A DNA stretch of 64,000 nucleotides from assembly GCF_009914755.1 (NCBI RefSeq), contig NC_060929.1. One strand, written 5' to 3'. Source of the stretch: the human T2T-CHM13v2.0 reference genome, Homo sapiens. Below the pieces are notes generated by a model. The model did no database searches. It had not been told where the DNA came from and worked only from the letters and a program-made list of their open reading frames with translations. Below are positions 42,458 to 54,917 of the stretch, in pieces. Both the position numbers and the translations under genes were made by a program. The number at the start of each line of letters is the position of its first letter. The stretch's first letter is position 1.

Positions 42458-43107
42458 TGTTATTGTCAAACCTAGAGAGTGGTTACAGAGAGACTAAAAG
42501 AAACTATTTGTGGCTGGGCTGAGGCTGGCATATCACGAAGTCAGGAGTTCGAGACCAGCCTGGCTATCATAGTGAAACCCCATCTTTACTAAAAATACAA
42601 AACATTAGCCGAGTGTGGTGGCGGGTGCCTGTAATCACAGCTCTTCAGGAGGCTGAGGCAGGAGAATCGCCTGAACCCAGGAGGCGGAGGTTGAAGTGAG
42701 CCGAGATCACGCCACTGCACTCCAGCCCAGGTGACAGTGCGAGACTCCATCTCAAAAAAAAAAAAGAAACTATTTCCTTGGGAACAGGCATTGTGAGGGG
42801 AGCAGGCAAACGCGGTCAGGAGGGCTTTAAAGGGAAAATGAAGAGGGTCGCACATGTTGTTGTGGAACAATTCCCCTTGGTGACAGCATCAACAATGAGG
42901 GTGGCGTCAGTCCAAGGTTGGACGGGCAGTGAGTGGGCCGATGTCCGCGAAGAAGCATTTTGTGCAAGGTTGTGGGTTTGCAGTCTTTTTTGTGGTTCTT
43001 CTTGTCAGGCATTCAGGCGGGAGACCCCTCCCTTCAGAGCCTTCCCAGGCTCCGGTTTCAGTGGGTTCAATCCATGGGACCCTGTTTCAAATCTGACAGC
43101 TCTCACA
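42458..43107 (-). mobile_element. MER34-like ERV1 LTR, interrupted by an Alu
   Basis: AAGGTTGGACGGGCAGT...GGGCCGATGTCC and the terminus AATCTGACAGCTCTCACA resemble the MER34 reverse complement as recalled. Confidence 0.55.
42511..42765 (+). mobile_element. Alu with deleted or truncated left-arm start
   Basis: Alu body from GGCTGAGG; TSD AAAAGAAACTATTT on both sides. Confidence 0.9.
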
Positions 43108-43713
43108 TGACGTCCACCAGGCAGGCAGGTTAGGAGACGGACATTTAAAAACAACACCATTTACAACAGAGTCAAAAGATAAATAACTGGGAATAAATCT
43201 AATGAAAGATCTTCAGGACTTCTACACAAAACTATGAAACGTTAACAAAGAAAGCCTAAATTAATGGAGAGATACACGGTGTTCATGGTTTGAAAACCTT
43301 AACACTGTAAAGATTTCCACTTCAACTGATTTACAGATCTACAGAGTCAATTAAATGCATTTCCATTAAAATCCCAGCTGCCTTTTTTCTGCAGAAAGTG
43401 ACAAGGTTGCTATAAAATGTATGTTGCTAAGAAAAACAAAGTGGAAGGACTTTACCACCAGACACCAAGGATTATTGGAAGGCAACAGGGAATACGATGG
43501 TGTATTATTGGTGCAAAGTAGACAAGAAGACCAATGAACAAAAGAGGAAGTGCAGAAGTCGATCGAACAGGCCTGGACATGGGTGGGAGGCAGGGGCAGC
43601 CTGCAGAGGCAGGAGGTGGAAGAGGAAGCTCCAGGGCCTGAAGGCGGGCAGAGGTGCACATAAACAGCAGACGATTGGTCGACTTACACTTGACAGCTTC
43701 TGTACATCAAAAC

Positions 43714-46200
43714 ATGTCATGAGGGGAGGAAAGGCTGAGGAGCAGGGGAGATGTCATGGGGGGAGGAAAGGCTGAGGAGTAGGGGAGATGTCATGGGGGG
43801 AGGAAAGGCTGAGGAGTAGGGGAGATGTCATGGGGGGAGGAAAGGCTGAGGAGTAGGGGAGATGTCATGAGGGGAGGAAAGGCTGAGGAGCAGGGGAGAT
43901 GTCATGGGGGGAGGAAAGGCCGAGGAGTAGGGGAGACGTCATGGGGGGAGGAAAGGCCGAGGAGTGGGGGAGACGTCATGAGGGGAGGAAAGGCTGAGGA
44001 GTGGGGGAGACGTCATGAGGGGGAAAGGCTGAGGAGTGGGGGAGACGTCATGAGGGGAGGAAAGGCTGAGGTGGGGGGAGACGTCATGAGGGGAGGAAAG
44101 GCCGAGGAGTTGGGGAGACGTCATGAAGGGAGGAAAGGCCGAGGAGTTGGGGAGACGTCATGAGGGGAGGAAAGGCCGAGGAGTGGGGGAGACGTCATGG
44201 GGGGAGGAAAGGCTGAGGAGTGGGGGAGATGTCATGAAGGGAGGAAAGGCCGAGGAGTGGGGAAGATGTCATGAGGGGAGGAAAGGCCGAGGAGTGGGGG
44301 AGACGTCATGGGGGGAGGAAAGGCTGAGGAGTGGGGGAGACGTCATGGGGGGAGGAAAGGCCGAGGAGTTGGGGAGACGTCATGAGGGGAGGAAAGGCCG
44401 AGGAGTGGGGAAGATGTCATGAGGGGAGGAAAGGCCGAGGAGTGGGGGAGACGTCATGGGGGGAGGAAAGGCTGAGGAGTGGGGGAGACGTCATGAGGGG
44501 AGGAAAGGCCGAGGAGTGGGGGAGACGTCATGAGGGGAGGAAAGGCTGAGGAGTGGGGGAGACGTCATGAGGGGAGGAAAGGCTGAGGGGGGGGAGACGT
44601 CATGAGGGGAGGAAAGGCTGAGGGGGGGGAGACGTCATGAGGGGAGGAAAGGCTGAGGGGGGGAGACGTCATGAGGGGAGGAAAGGCTGAGGAATAGGGG
44701 AAGATGTCATGGGGGAGGAAAGGCTGAGGAGTAGGGGAAGATGTCATGAGGGGAGGAAAGGCTGAGGAGTGGGGGAGACGTCATGAGGGGAGGAAAGGCT
44801 GAGGAGTAGGGGAGACGTCATGGGGGAGGAAAGGCTGAGGAATAGGGGAAGATGTCATGAGGGGAGGAAAGGCTGAGGAGTAGGGGTAGACGTCATGAGG
44901 GGAGGAAAGGCTGAGGAGTAGGGGCGGATGTCATGAGGGGAGGAAAGGCTGAGGAGTGGGGGAGATGTCATGAGGGGAGGAAAGGCTGAGGAGTAGGGGG
45001 AGATGTCATGAGGGGAGGAAAGGCTGAGGAGTAGGGGAAGATGTCATGAAGGGAGGAAAGGCTGAGGAGTGGGGGAGATGTCATGAGGGGAGGAAAGGCT
45101 GAGGAGTAGAGGAGATGTTATGAGGGGAGGAAAGGCTGAGGAATGGGGGAGATGTCATGGGGGGAGATGTCATGGGGGGAGGAAAGGCTGAGGAGTGGGG
45201 GAGATGTCATGAGGGGAGGAAAGGCTGAGGAGTGGGGGAGATGTCATGGGGGGAGATGTCATGGGGGGAGGAAAGGCTGAGGAGTAGAGGAGATGTTATG
45301 AGGGGAGGAAAGGCTGAGGAATGGGGGAGATGTCATGGGGGGAGATGTCATGGGGGGAGGAAAGGCTGAGGAGTGGGGGAGATGTCATGGAAAAGGAGGA
45401 AAGGCTGAGGAGTCGGGGAGATGTCATCGGGGGAGGAAAGGCTGAGGAGTGGGGGAGATGTCATGGAAAGGGAGGAAAGGCTGAGGAGTCGGGGAGATGC
45501 CATGAGGGGAAGAAAGGCTGAGGAGTGGGTGAGATGTCATGGGGGGAGGAAAGGCTGAGGAGTGGGGGAGATGTCATGAGGGCTGGATCGGCTCTGAGTG
45601 GGGGAGATGTCATGGGGGGAAAGGCTGAGGAGTGGGGGAGATGTCGTGAGGGGAGAAAAGGCTGAGGAGTGGGGGAGATATCATGAGAGGTGGAACGGCT
45701 CTGAGTGGGGGAGATGTCGTGGGGGAAAGGCTGAGGAGTGGGGGAGATGTCGTGGGGGGAGGAAAGGCTGTGAGTAGGGGGAGACGTCATGGGGGGGGAA
45801 GGCTGAGGAGTCGGGGAGATGTCATAGGGGGAGGAAAGTCTGAGGAGTGGGGGAGATGTCATGAGGGGAGGAAAGGCTGAGGAGTGGGTGAGATGTCGTG
45901 GGGGGAGAAAAGGCTGTGAGCAGGGGGAGATGTCGTGGAGGGAAGGAGAGGCAGTGAGTAGGGGGAGATGTCGTGGAGGGGAGGGACAGGCCGTGAGCAG
46001 GGGGCGATATCATGGAGGGGAAGGACAGGCCATGAGTTGTGGGAGATGTCGTGGAGGGGAAGGACAGGCCGTGAGTCAGAGATGTCGTGGAGGGGAAGGA
46101 CAGGCTTTGAGTCGGGGGAGATGTCACGGAGAGGAGGGACAGGCCGTGAGTTGAGGGAGATGTCACGGTGGGGGAGGAAAGGCTGTGAGTAGGGGCAGAT
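43714..46200. repeat. 37-bp G-rich VNTR, about 65 copies
   Basis: Unit A(T/C)GTCATGAGGGGAGGAAAGGCTGAGGAGTGGGGGAG (starts 43714, 43751, 43788...); degenerates toward 46200. Confidence 0.97.
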
Positions 46201-47104
46201 GTTTCAGGAACAGGACATTTTGGAATATGTTGAGAGTCCCGAAATCCCCATGAAGAAGTCAGCATCAGTAGCGTACGGCATGTGGACAGGCATTCCTTGG
46301 GGCAGCCGATGGCCCGTGAAAGCCATAGATGATGTCCAGCATCGCTGGCCACCAGGAAAACCAGAATTCAAAGCATGGAGATCCTGTGGCTGAATGGTGG
46401 AAAGGCTGGACGCCAGGGCTGGGTGTGGGTGGAGGGGCAGGGCCAGGGTGACCAGCTGGACTGTTCATGGAAATCACCTGCCTGCACCTTTCCGGCCGGA
46501 CACACTCGCCCCAGGAGGCAGCATCTCCCCTCGTGGGCGCTTACCTCGGAGAACTCCGGGCATGAATGTGCGAAAGGCAGGAACAGACGTCCACGGCGGC
46601 TTTCATCCTCATGGCGCAAACGGGACCCCTACCGTCAGCAATGGAGCCGTGAAGGAGCTGCAGCCGTGGACCTGGAGCAGGCACAGCGAGCCAGGGTGCG
46701 AGGCCCGGACAGCTCTGAGCGGAACAGCGAGCCACCTGCAGCGTCCAGCTCGAGACAGTGGCTCCTTTCTGGAAGTGGGATGGGGCTGAGGGAGCCGGGC
46801 TGCTGGGGTTCTGGAACATTGCGTTTCCTGCTCTGGGCAGGGGTTTGTTCCGCGGATGTGCCGCTTCCTGAAAGTTCATCCACCTGGAGAAAGACGCAGG
46901 TGCAGCTCGTCCACCCCAGCAAGGCTTCTTGGGGAAAATGAAAGCCAAGGCTGCCGTGAATTTCCATAATCAACGAGGGTGCCGCTGGTGCAGAGGGCTT
47001 TCGATGTCACACTCCGGATGGTATTTGAAAGAAAAATTAAATAAAAATTCAAACCTAACAATCTAAACATTTAATAAACAGAAACTCCTCATGAGATTAT
47101 GTTT

Positions 47105-47590
47105 ATTTTTTAATTTTTTAAACTTATTTTAAGTTCAGGGCCGCATGTGCAGGATGTACAGGTTTGTTACAGAGGTTAATGTGTGTCATGGGGGTTTGCG
47201 TACAGATTATTTCATCACCCGGGTATTAAGCCTAGTACCCATTAATTATTTTTCCTGACCCTCTCCCTCCTCCCACCGCCCACCCTCTGACAGGCCCAGT
47301 GTCTTATATTCCCTTCTATCTGCCCAGGTGTTCTCAGCATTTAACTCCTGTTTATAAGTGAGACGTGCAGTATTTGGTTTTCTGTTCCTGTATGAGTTTG
47401 CTAAAGGTAATGGCCTCCAGCTCCATCCGTGTTCCTGCAAAGGACATGATCTGGTTCCTTTTTATGGCTGTATAGTATTCCATGGTGCACATGTGCCACA
47501 TTTTCTTTATCCAGTCTACCGACGATGGGCATGTAGGTTGATTCCATGTCTTTGCTGTTGTGACTAGTGCTGTGAGGGACATAGTATGCA
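47105..47590 (-). mobile_element. L1PA-type 3' end fragment
   Basis: Antisense L1 3'UTR (CATGTGCAGGATGTACAGGTTTGTTAC; TTTTTATGGCTGTATAGTATTCCATGGTG; CCACATTTTCTTTATCCAGTCT). Confidence 0.9.
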
Positions 47591-48745
47591 GACGAGACAT
47601 GATGTTTAGTAAATATCATGCACAGAGTTGAATCTCACATCATGAGTGAGTGTATCACACACAGATATTTATAAACTACAGGACAGGGAGAAAACCATTG
47701 ACAGCGTTTTCCTCCAGGAGGTATTGAAAATGCTCCAATTTCCTTTGCTGAGCTTGTAATAACTTGCTTTTGCAATAAGATATTTCCGTAGACACAAAGG
47801 CACACTGTTTCCGACTGCGGACCCCAAGGACCCTCCTCAGGTCTGTGTGGGCAAGGTGTATGGAAACCTGTTCTGCAAAGACCCACAACAATGACCCCCT
47901 CCATGTGCTCATCACGGACAAAGGTAACTTTTCACTACGTGCCCCAGGTGGCCTCTCTGGCCTCAAGGGAGGACATCATTCTGGCCACCCTGGCCTTTCT
48001 GATGAGTCTCAAATGCAACCCGGAACAGGCAGAAGCCCGGGGTAGTTCACCTGCCCCCAAGCTGCCCCAGATTTCAGAAGGGAGCTTCACTCCCTGACCC
48101 CCATCAGCAAGATGGTAGGGGTCTCCTGCAGTACCTGGAGCTGGGAAGGGAGGGGCAGAGGTGGTGGGGACGAACCTGCCCTGGGGATATCTCTGGGGCC
48201 CCAAGGCTGCAGGGCGTCAGATATTGAGGAGGGCTCATAAGGCATCAGGCAGGTTCTGGGGGCTCAGGGCTCACCAGTAAACAGAGGCAACAAAGATTCC
48301 TACCTGGTCCCTCTTATGTCCAAGTGGGGAAGAGAGAGCATGAGCCCTTAGCCCAACAGCTAAACAAACTGGACAGCCTGTTGGAGGAGATCCTGCTATG
48401 CAAAGGAAAGGCAAGGAGAAGTGCAGTCCCACTGCGTGGCCCATGCTTCGCCTGTGCGGACCAAGCTGAATTCCTGGGAAGCAGCCCTCAGCCAGCAGCA
48501 GGTGCAGGCCAGGCCTGTGGGAGGACCCTGCAGGGTCAGAGGCCGTGCACAGGGCAGGTAGGACCCTGCTGGCCCTCAGGGATCATTGCCTTTGCTCTAA
48601 TGAACACTGAAGGTTTCTGAGCGAGAGGGACTTGGTGACCACCTGGGGAGTGCAGAGGCCCTGAGAACTGCTTCCCTGGCCCCTGCCCCACCTTGGAGCC
48701 CAGAAGAGGACACCTCATCTTTCCCTGCCTCTGAGGAATGACGAT

Positions 48746-49062
48746 CACAGACAGTCACCTCCCACCCCCTGGGGACACAGTTGATGGCCGTTACAGACAG
48801 TCACCTCCCATGTCCCGGGCACGCAGTCGACAGCCATCACAGACAGTCACCTCCCACCTCCCAGGCACGCAGTCGACGGCCATCACAGATGGCCACTTCC
48901 CACCTCCTGGGCATGCAGTCGACGGCCATCACAGCCGGTCACCTCCCACCTCCCGGGCACGCAGTCGACGGCCATCGCCGACGGTCACCTCCCACCTCCC
49001 GGGCACGCAGTCGACGGCCATCACAGTCACCTCCCACCTCCCAGGCACGCAGTCGATGGCCT
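48746..49062. repeat. 46-bp CpG-rich minisatellite, about 7 copies
   Basis: Unit CACAGACAGTCACCTCCCACCTCCCGGGCACGCAGTCGACGGCCAT starting at 48746, 48792, 48838... Confidence 0.9.
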
Positions 49063-49429
49063 CTGAGACCACAGCAGCATCACAGAGGCCTCATGCTGGT
49101 GACCCGGCCTCAGGCTCTGCAGCAGGAAATGAGGTCCATGGTCCTTGGCTTGCCTGGTCCCTCTTCCCAGCCGGCAATGGGCAGGGCTGGCCAGGGCTGT
49201 GAGGGTTTTGGGAAGCTCAGGCGGTGGTGGCGCTGAGACCCTCCCAAGGGCTCCCCATTCCTCAGAGGCAGGGACAGATGAGACGCTCTCTTCTGCAGGA
49301 AGAAAGCTCCAGTGCAGGATCAGAACCAAAGTGGCCCCTCGAGGCCCTGTTGTGGGAGCTGCTGCAGGCGTCAGGCACTGGTCTTCCATCAGTCATAGCT
49401 ATTTCTAGATATTTTCTCAGGGAACAAGC

Positions 49430-50730
49430 ATGGAGTACTTACCTAGGTACGAGGCAGTTGAGTACTCTGGGGGTTGAGTACTGTGGCAGTTAGATACATT
49501 GGGAGTTAGGTATTTTGGGAGTTGGGTACTATGAGAATTGAGTACTATGGGAGTTAGGTACATGGGAGTTAGGCATTATGAGGGTTAGGTACTGTGGGAG
49601 TTGTTGGGTACTGTGGGTGTTTGGTACTATTGTAGTTGAGTACTGTAGGAGTTGGGTGCTGTGGGGGTTGGGTACTGTGGGAGTTGGCTACTATTGTATT
49701 TGGCTACTGTGGGATTTGGGTACTGCAGGAGTTGGGTACTGTGGGAGTTGGGTACTATTGTATTTGGGTGCTGCAGGATTTGGGTACTGTGGGAGTTGAG
49801 TACTATAGTAGTTTGGTACTGTGGGAATTGGGTACTGTGGGAGTTGGGGACTGTAGGAGTTGGGTACTGTGGCAGTTGGGTACTGCGGGAGTTGGGTACT
49901 GCAGGAGTTGGGTACTGTAGGGGTTGGGTACTATCGTAGTTGGGTCCTGTGGGAGTTGGGTTCTGTGGGAGTTGGGTACTGTGGGAGTTGGGGACTGTGG
50001 GAGTTGGGTACTGTGGGAGTTGGGTACTGCAGGGGTTGGGTACTGTGGAGGTTGGGTATTGTGGGAGTTGGGTCCTGCGGGAGTTGGGTACTGCGGGAGT
50101 TGGGTACGGCAAGGGTTGGGTACTGTGGGGGTTGGATACTGTGGGAGTTGGGTACTGTGGGAGTTGGGTACTGCAGGGGTTAGGTACTGTGGGGATTGGA
50201 TACTATGGGAGTTGGGTACTGTGGCAGTTGGGTACTGCAGGGGTTGGGTACTGTGGGGGTTGGATACTGTGGGAGTTGTGCTCTGTGGCAGTTGAGTAGT
50301 TGGGAGTTGGGTATTGTGGCATTTGTGTACTGTGGGAGTTGTGCACTGTGAGAGTTGGGTACTGTGGGAGTGGGGTACTATGGCAGTTGGGTACTGCAGG
50401 GGTTGGGTACTGTGGGGGTTGGATACTGTGGGAGTTGTGTTCTGTGGCAGTTGAGTAGTTGGGAGTTGGGTATTGTGGCATTTGTGTACTGTGGGAGTTG
50501 TGCACTGTGAGAGTTGGGTACTGTGGGAGTGGGGTACTATGGGAGTTGGGTACTGCAGGGGTTGGGTACTGCGGGGGTTGGGTACTGAGGGGGTTGGGTA
50601 CTGCGGGGATTGGGTACTGAGGGGGTTGGGTACTGTGGGAGTTGGGTACCGTGGGGGTTGGATACTGTGGGAGTTGGGTTCTGTGGGAGTTGTGTACTGC
50701 AGGAGTTCGGTACTGTGAGAGTTGGGTACT
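49430..50730. repeat. 16-bp G/T-rich minisatellite (GTTGGGTACTGTGGGA), about 80 copies
   Basis: Tandem units, with a 159-bp higher-order duplication (50282 vs 50441). Confidence 0.95.
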
Positions 50731-51187
50731 ACGCTTTGTTTTACATATACGAATGCTGGGCCTGAGGGCACTAAGAACTATGGGGCCAGTGGCCCAGCAA
50801 ATGTGGTCCAAGTTGGTTTTGGTTGCTACCCCGCAACCTGGTTGCCTCTGCAGAAGTTTCTAGAGGCACTGGGGAGAGGAGGAAGCCTCAAGGCCACTGG
50901 CCCCAGGCACCCTTTAAGTTGGGCCCCAAGGCCCCTGGGAAACTCAGGTGTGTCCAGTGGGGCTTGCAAGGGGCAGGGACCCTCCACACACATCTGGGCT
51001 CATGCCTCCAATCGTCTTTGGTGTGGACTCTCCCACAAAGCTCATTCAGAAGACCTGCCCTTAACCATCCCACGTTCATTCTCCCTTGCTGGTCCTTGGG
51101 GTCCAGGAGACACGTCCTCCCCATCTGAAGACTGTCCTGTCCCCTCCGCCATTCCTGAGTCCCCACTCCAGGCCTGGGCCAGCCACT

Positions 51188-52790
51188 GACTCTCTCTCTC
51201 TGTCTGTCTCTGTCTCTTTGTGTCACTCTGTCTCTGTTTCTTCCCCCTCTCTGTCTCTGTCTCTTTTTCTCTCTCTGTGTCTCACTGTCTATCTTGCTCT
51301 GTCTGTGTCTTTCTCTCTCTCTCCCTGTCTTTCTCTGACTTTCTTTCTCTGACTTTCTTTCTCTGTCTCTCCCTCTCTCTCTCTATCTCTGTCTCTCTCT
51401 GTCTGTCTCTGTCTTTCTCTCTCTGTCTCTCCCTATCTCTTTCTTTGTCTCTATCTCTCCCTGTCTCTCTTTCTCTATATCTGTCTTTCTCTCTCTCTTT
51501 TTGTCTGTCTCTGTCTCTTTCTCTGTCCGTTTCTGTCTCTCTGACTCTATCTCTGTCTCTCTCTGTCTCTGTCTATCCCTGTCTCTCTTTCTCTGTCTTT
51601 CTCTCTCTGTCTCTCCCTATCTCTGTCTCTCCTTGTCTCTCTCTGTTTCTGTCTTTCTCTCTCTCTGTCTCTGTATCTCTCTGTCTCCCCCATCTCTCTC
51701 TCTCTGTCTCTGTCTTTCTCTGTCTCTATCTCTCTGTCTTTGTCTATCCCTATCTCTCTCTGTCTCTGTCTCTCTCTGTCTTTCTCTCTCTTCCTGTCTC
51801 TCTGTCTTTCTCTCTCTTCCTGTCTCTCTGTCTTTCTCTCTCTTCCTGTCTCTCTGTCTCTGTCTCCCCATCTCTCTCTTTTTCTGTCTCTGTCTCTCCA
51901 TCTCTGTCTCTCCCTGTCTCTCTTTCTCTGTCTGTCTCTGTCTTTCTCTATCTCTCTGTCTCTCTCTGTCTTTCTCTCTGTGTCTCTCCTTGGCTCTCTT
52001 TCTCTGTCTTTCTCTCTCTCTCTGTCTCTCCCTCTCTCTGTCTCTGTCTCTCCCTCTCTCCTTCTCTGCCTCTATCTCTCTGTTTCTCTTTCTCTGTACT
52101 TTCTCTCTCTCTGTCTCTCCCTTTCTCTCTATCTCTGTCTCTCCTTGTCTCTCTTCCTCTGTCTGTCTCTGTCTTTCTCTCTCTCTGGCTCTCCCTGTCT
52201 CTTTCTTTGTCTCTTTCTCTGTCTCTATCTCTCTGTTTCTCTCTGTCTCTGTCTATGTCTGTCTCTCTCTTTCTCTCTGTCTCTCCCTGTCTCTGTGTCT
52301 CTGTCTCTCCCTCTCTCTTTCTCTGTCTTTCTCTTTCTCTCTGTCTCTGTCTCCCCATCTCTCTTTTTCCCTGTTTCTGTCTCTATGTCTTTCTCTCTCT
52401 GTCTCCATCTCTCTCTGTCTCTCTGTCTCTGTCTTTGTCTCTCTCTCTGTGTCTGTCTCTCCCTCTCTCTGTCCCTGTCCCTGTCTTTCTCTGTCTGTCT
52501 TTCTCTCTGTCTCTCTCTTTTTTCTCTGTCTCTCTCTCTCTCCCTGTCTCTCTTTGTCTGTCTCTCCCTGTCTCTGTCTCTGCCTTTCTCTCTCTGTCTT
52601 TCCCTCTCTCTGTCTCTGTTCCTGTTTCTCTTTCTCTGTCTCTGTCTCTCCTCGTCTCTGTCTCTACCTCTCTCTGTCTTTGTCCCTGTCTCTGTTTCTG
52701 TCTTTGTGCCTGTCTCTCTTTCTCTGTCTCTCCTTGTTTCTGTCTCTCCCTGTCTCTCTTTCTCTGTCTCTGTCTTTCTCTCTCTGTCTT
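51188..52790. repeat. 1.6-kb (TC)n/(TCTG)n polypyrimidine tract
   Basis: Almost exclusively C/T with interspersed G; produces the spurious 542/480/399-aa ORFs. Confidence 0.97.
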
Positions 52791-52901
52791 CCCAAGTCCC
52801 CACCCTTCCCTCCAATCTGCGCTGTGCTCGGAAGCCAGGAGTCCTTAAATGCAAACGTGATCTCTTCCTTCTGGCCTCCCTTTCTGAGTTCCTGTGTCCT
52901 A

Positions 52902-52914
52902 GGGGCAAAGGTCA
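52902..52914 (+). promoter_or_regulatory. Consensus DR1 (HNF4/PPAR-RXR type) element
   Basis: GGGGCA-A-AGGTCA, ~1.6 kb upstream of the SLC6A19 start, near a GC box and two GATA motifs. Confidence 0.5.
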
Positions 52915-53723
52915 GGCGCCTAAACTCGCTCATCTCTGAGTGACGCCCCCAGCGCCTTCATCTCCATTACTCAGCGAATGTCGATGAGCCCTGTGCAGGG
53001 TGGAGGTGGGGGCGGGGGCGGCTCTGGGTCCTTATCGCCCAGCGGTGCAGACTGAGATAAAGGAACCAGGAGGCTAGGGAGAAAGTCCCATGCCTGCCGG
53101 GAAGGCCCCGGCTATGGAAGGAGCCATGTGGGCAGTGGGGGCAGGGGGCCAGCGAGGGCCCCCAGGGAGGTGAGCCCAGAGGCTGAAGGAGGCAACGGGA
53201 GGAAGGCCTGGGGAGGCGCAGGGTGTGGCACCGTCCCTGGCCTCAGGAAGGCTGGTCCGGGATTCCAGAGCTTGAGGTCTCCTAGATGGGAGAGACGTGA
53301 GGGGAGGCCCAAGTGGGGGCCCAAACGGGCAGCGCCCGACAGAGGAGGGCCTCCAACTCCCTGTGCGGAAAACCAGGAGAGAATCCCACTCTGGCTTTGG
53401 AGACACAACCCCCAGGATCCTCTCCTGAACTCCCCGCAACGTTCCTCCTGCCCCTCCTGGACCCCGTGGTCAGCCCTGTGGCTTCCCTGCACGGCCTCTT
53501 TGCTGGGGAGCAGGAACACCATCTCCTTCGCTGTCCCATGCCCGGCACAGGACTGCCCCCCACAAAGTGCTCCACAGAAGGACAGAAACCGTGCAGTCAC
53601 CGGGAAGGTGGGGATCTGGGGTGGCTGCAGGTTCCATGACACAGGACCCTCCATCCCCCGTGACCCCAGAGGGCCCTTGGGGACGAGGCTGCCCTAGAGG
53701 GTGGCTCTGGGTCCTGAACCTAT

Positions 53724-53813
53724 GGCCGGGAGCTGAACTCCTCCTGCTCGATGTTCTCCAGCTCAGCCAGGGATGGGATCCGGGCATCCAGGCTGGGGTT
53801 GGGCAGCGTGAGC
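53724..53813 (-). pseudogene. Inverted, degenerate partial copy of SLC6A19 exon 1 (codons ~4-32)
   Basis: Reverse complement matches 54548-54637 at 81/90 nt without gaps. Translates [30 protein letters not shown] versus [30 protein letters not shown]. Confidence 0.9.
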
Positions 53814-54349
53814 TGTTCATTATGAAGTTCATTACGAACCCCAGAATGAAACTGTGGCCCAGGGGGCACAGCCACGGGAACCCCACTCTCAGGTTGATTC
53901 AGGCCACATCCCAAGCAGCCGTGGTTCCGTGGGGACTGGTGGGAAGCCGGGCCCCCGAGCAGCCGTCTAGAGCCCAGAGCCAGGCTGGAGGGGTCCAGGG
54001 CCTCGCTGTGCTTGGTGTGAGCAGACCAAGAGCTGCCCCAGGGCCCCTGCTCCCGCTGAGTTCCCTCTCCCTGGACTGGGGTGGGGGCCGGGGATGCCTG
54101 TGCTCCAGGGAGCTGTGGAGAGGCCCACCCGGCGTCCTGCAGGTGGGGGTGTGCGGCAGCCAGGGGCTCCCAGACCGGGGCAGAGCCAGCATCCTGTTTG
54201 CCTTGGTTCTTTCTCCCCGGGGTGCACCGGCGTTTGTGCGCATTTGTGTGTGCGTTTGTGCAGGGGGAGGGGTGGCCAGCGCCCACGGAGCAGCCTCCGG
54301 TTGCCCGAAGGCAGTGGGTGGCTCTGCTGGCCCCGGGGCCGGGCGTCTC

Positions 54350-54917
<568 letters not shown>

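Noticed and set aside
49578-50863. Mucin-like (QYPTPTVPNSHSTQ)n and Gly-rich ORFs
   Set aside because: Products of the 16-bp minisatellite; no signal peptide, promoter or exon evidence.
51220-52943. 542-, 480- and 399-aa ORFs
   Set aside because: Stop-free only because the TC/TCTG tract has almost no A; Ser/Leu-rich artefacts.
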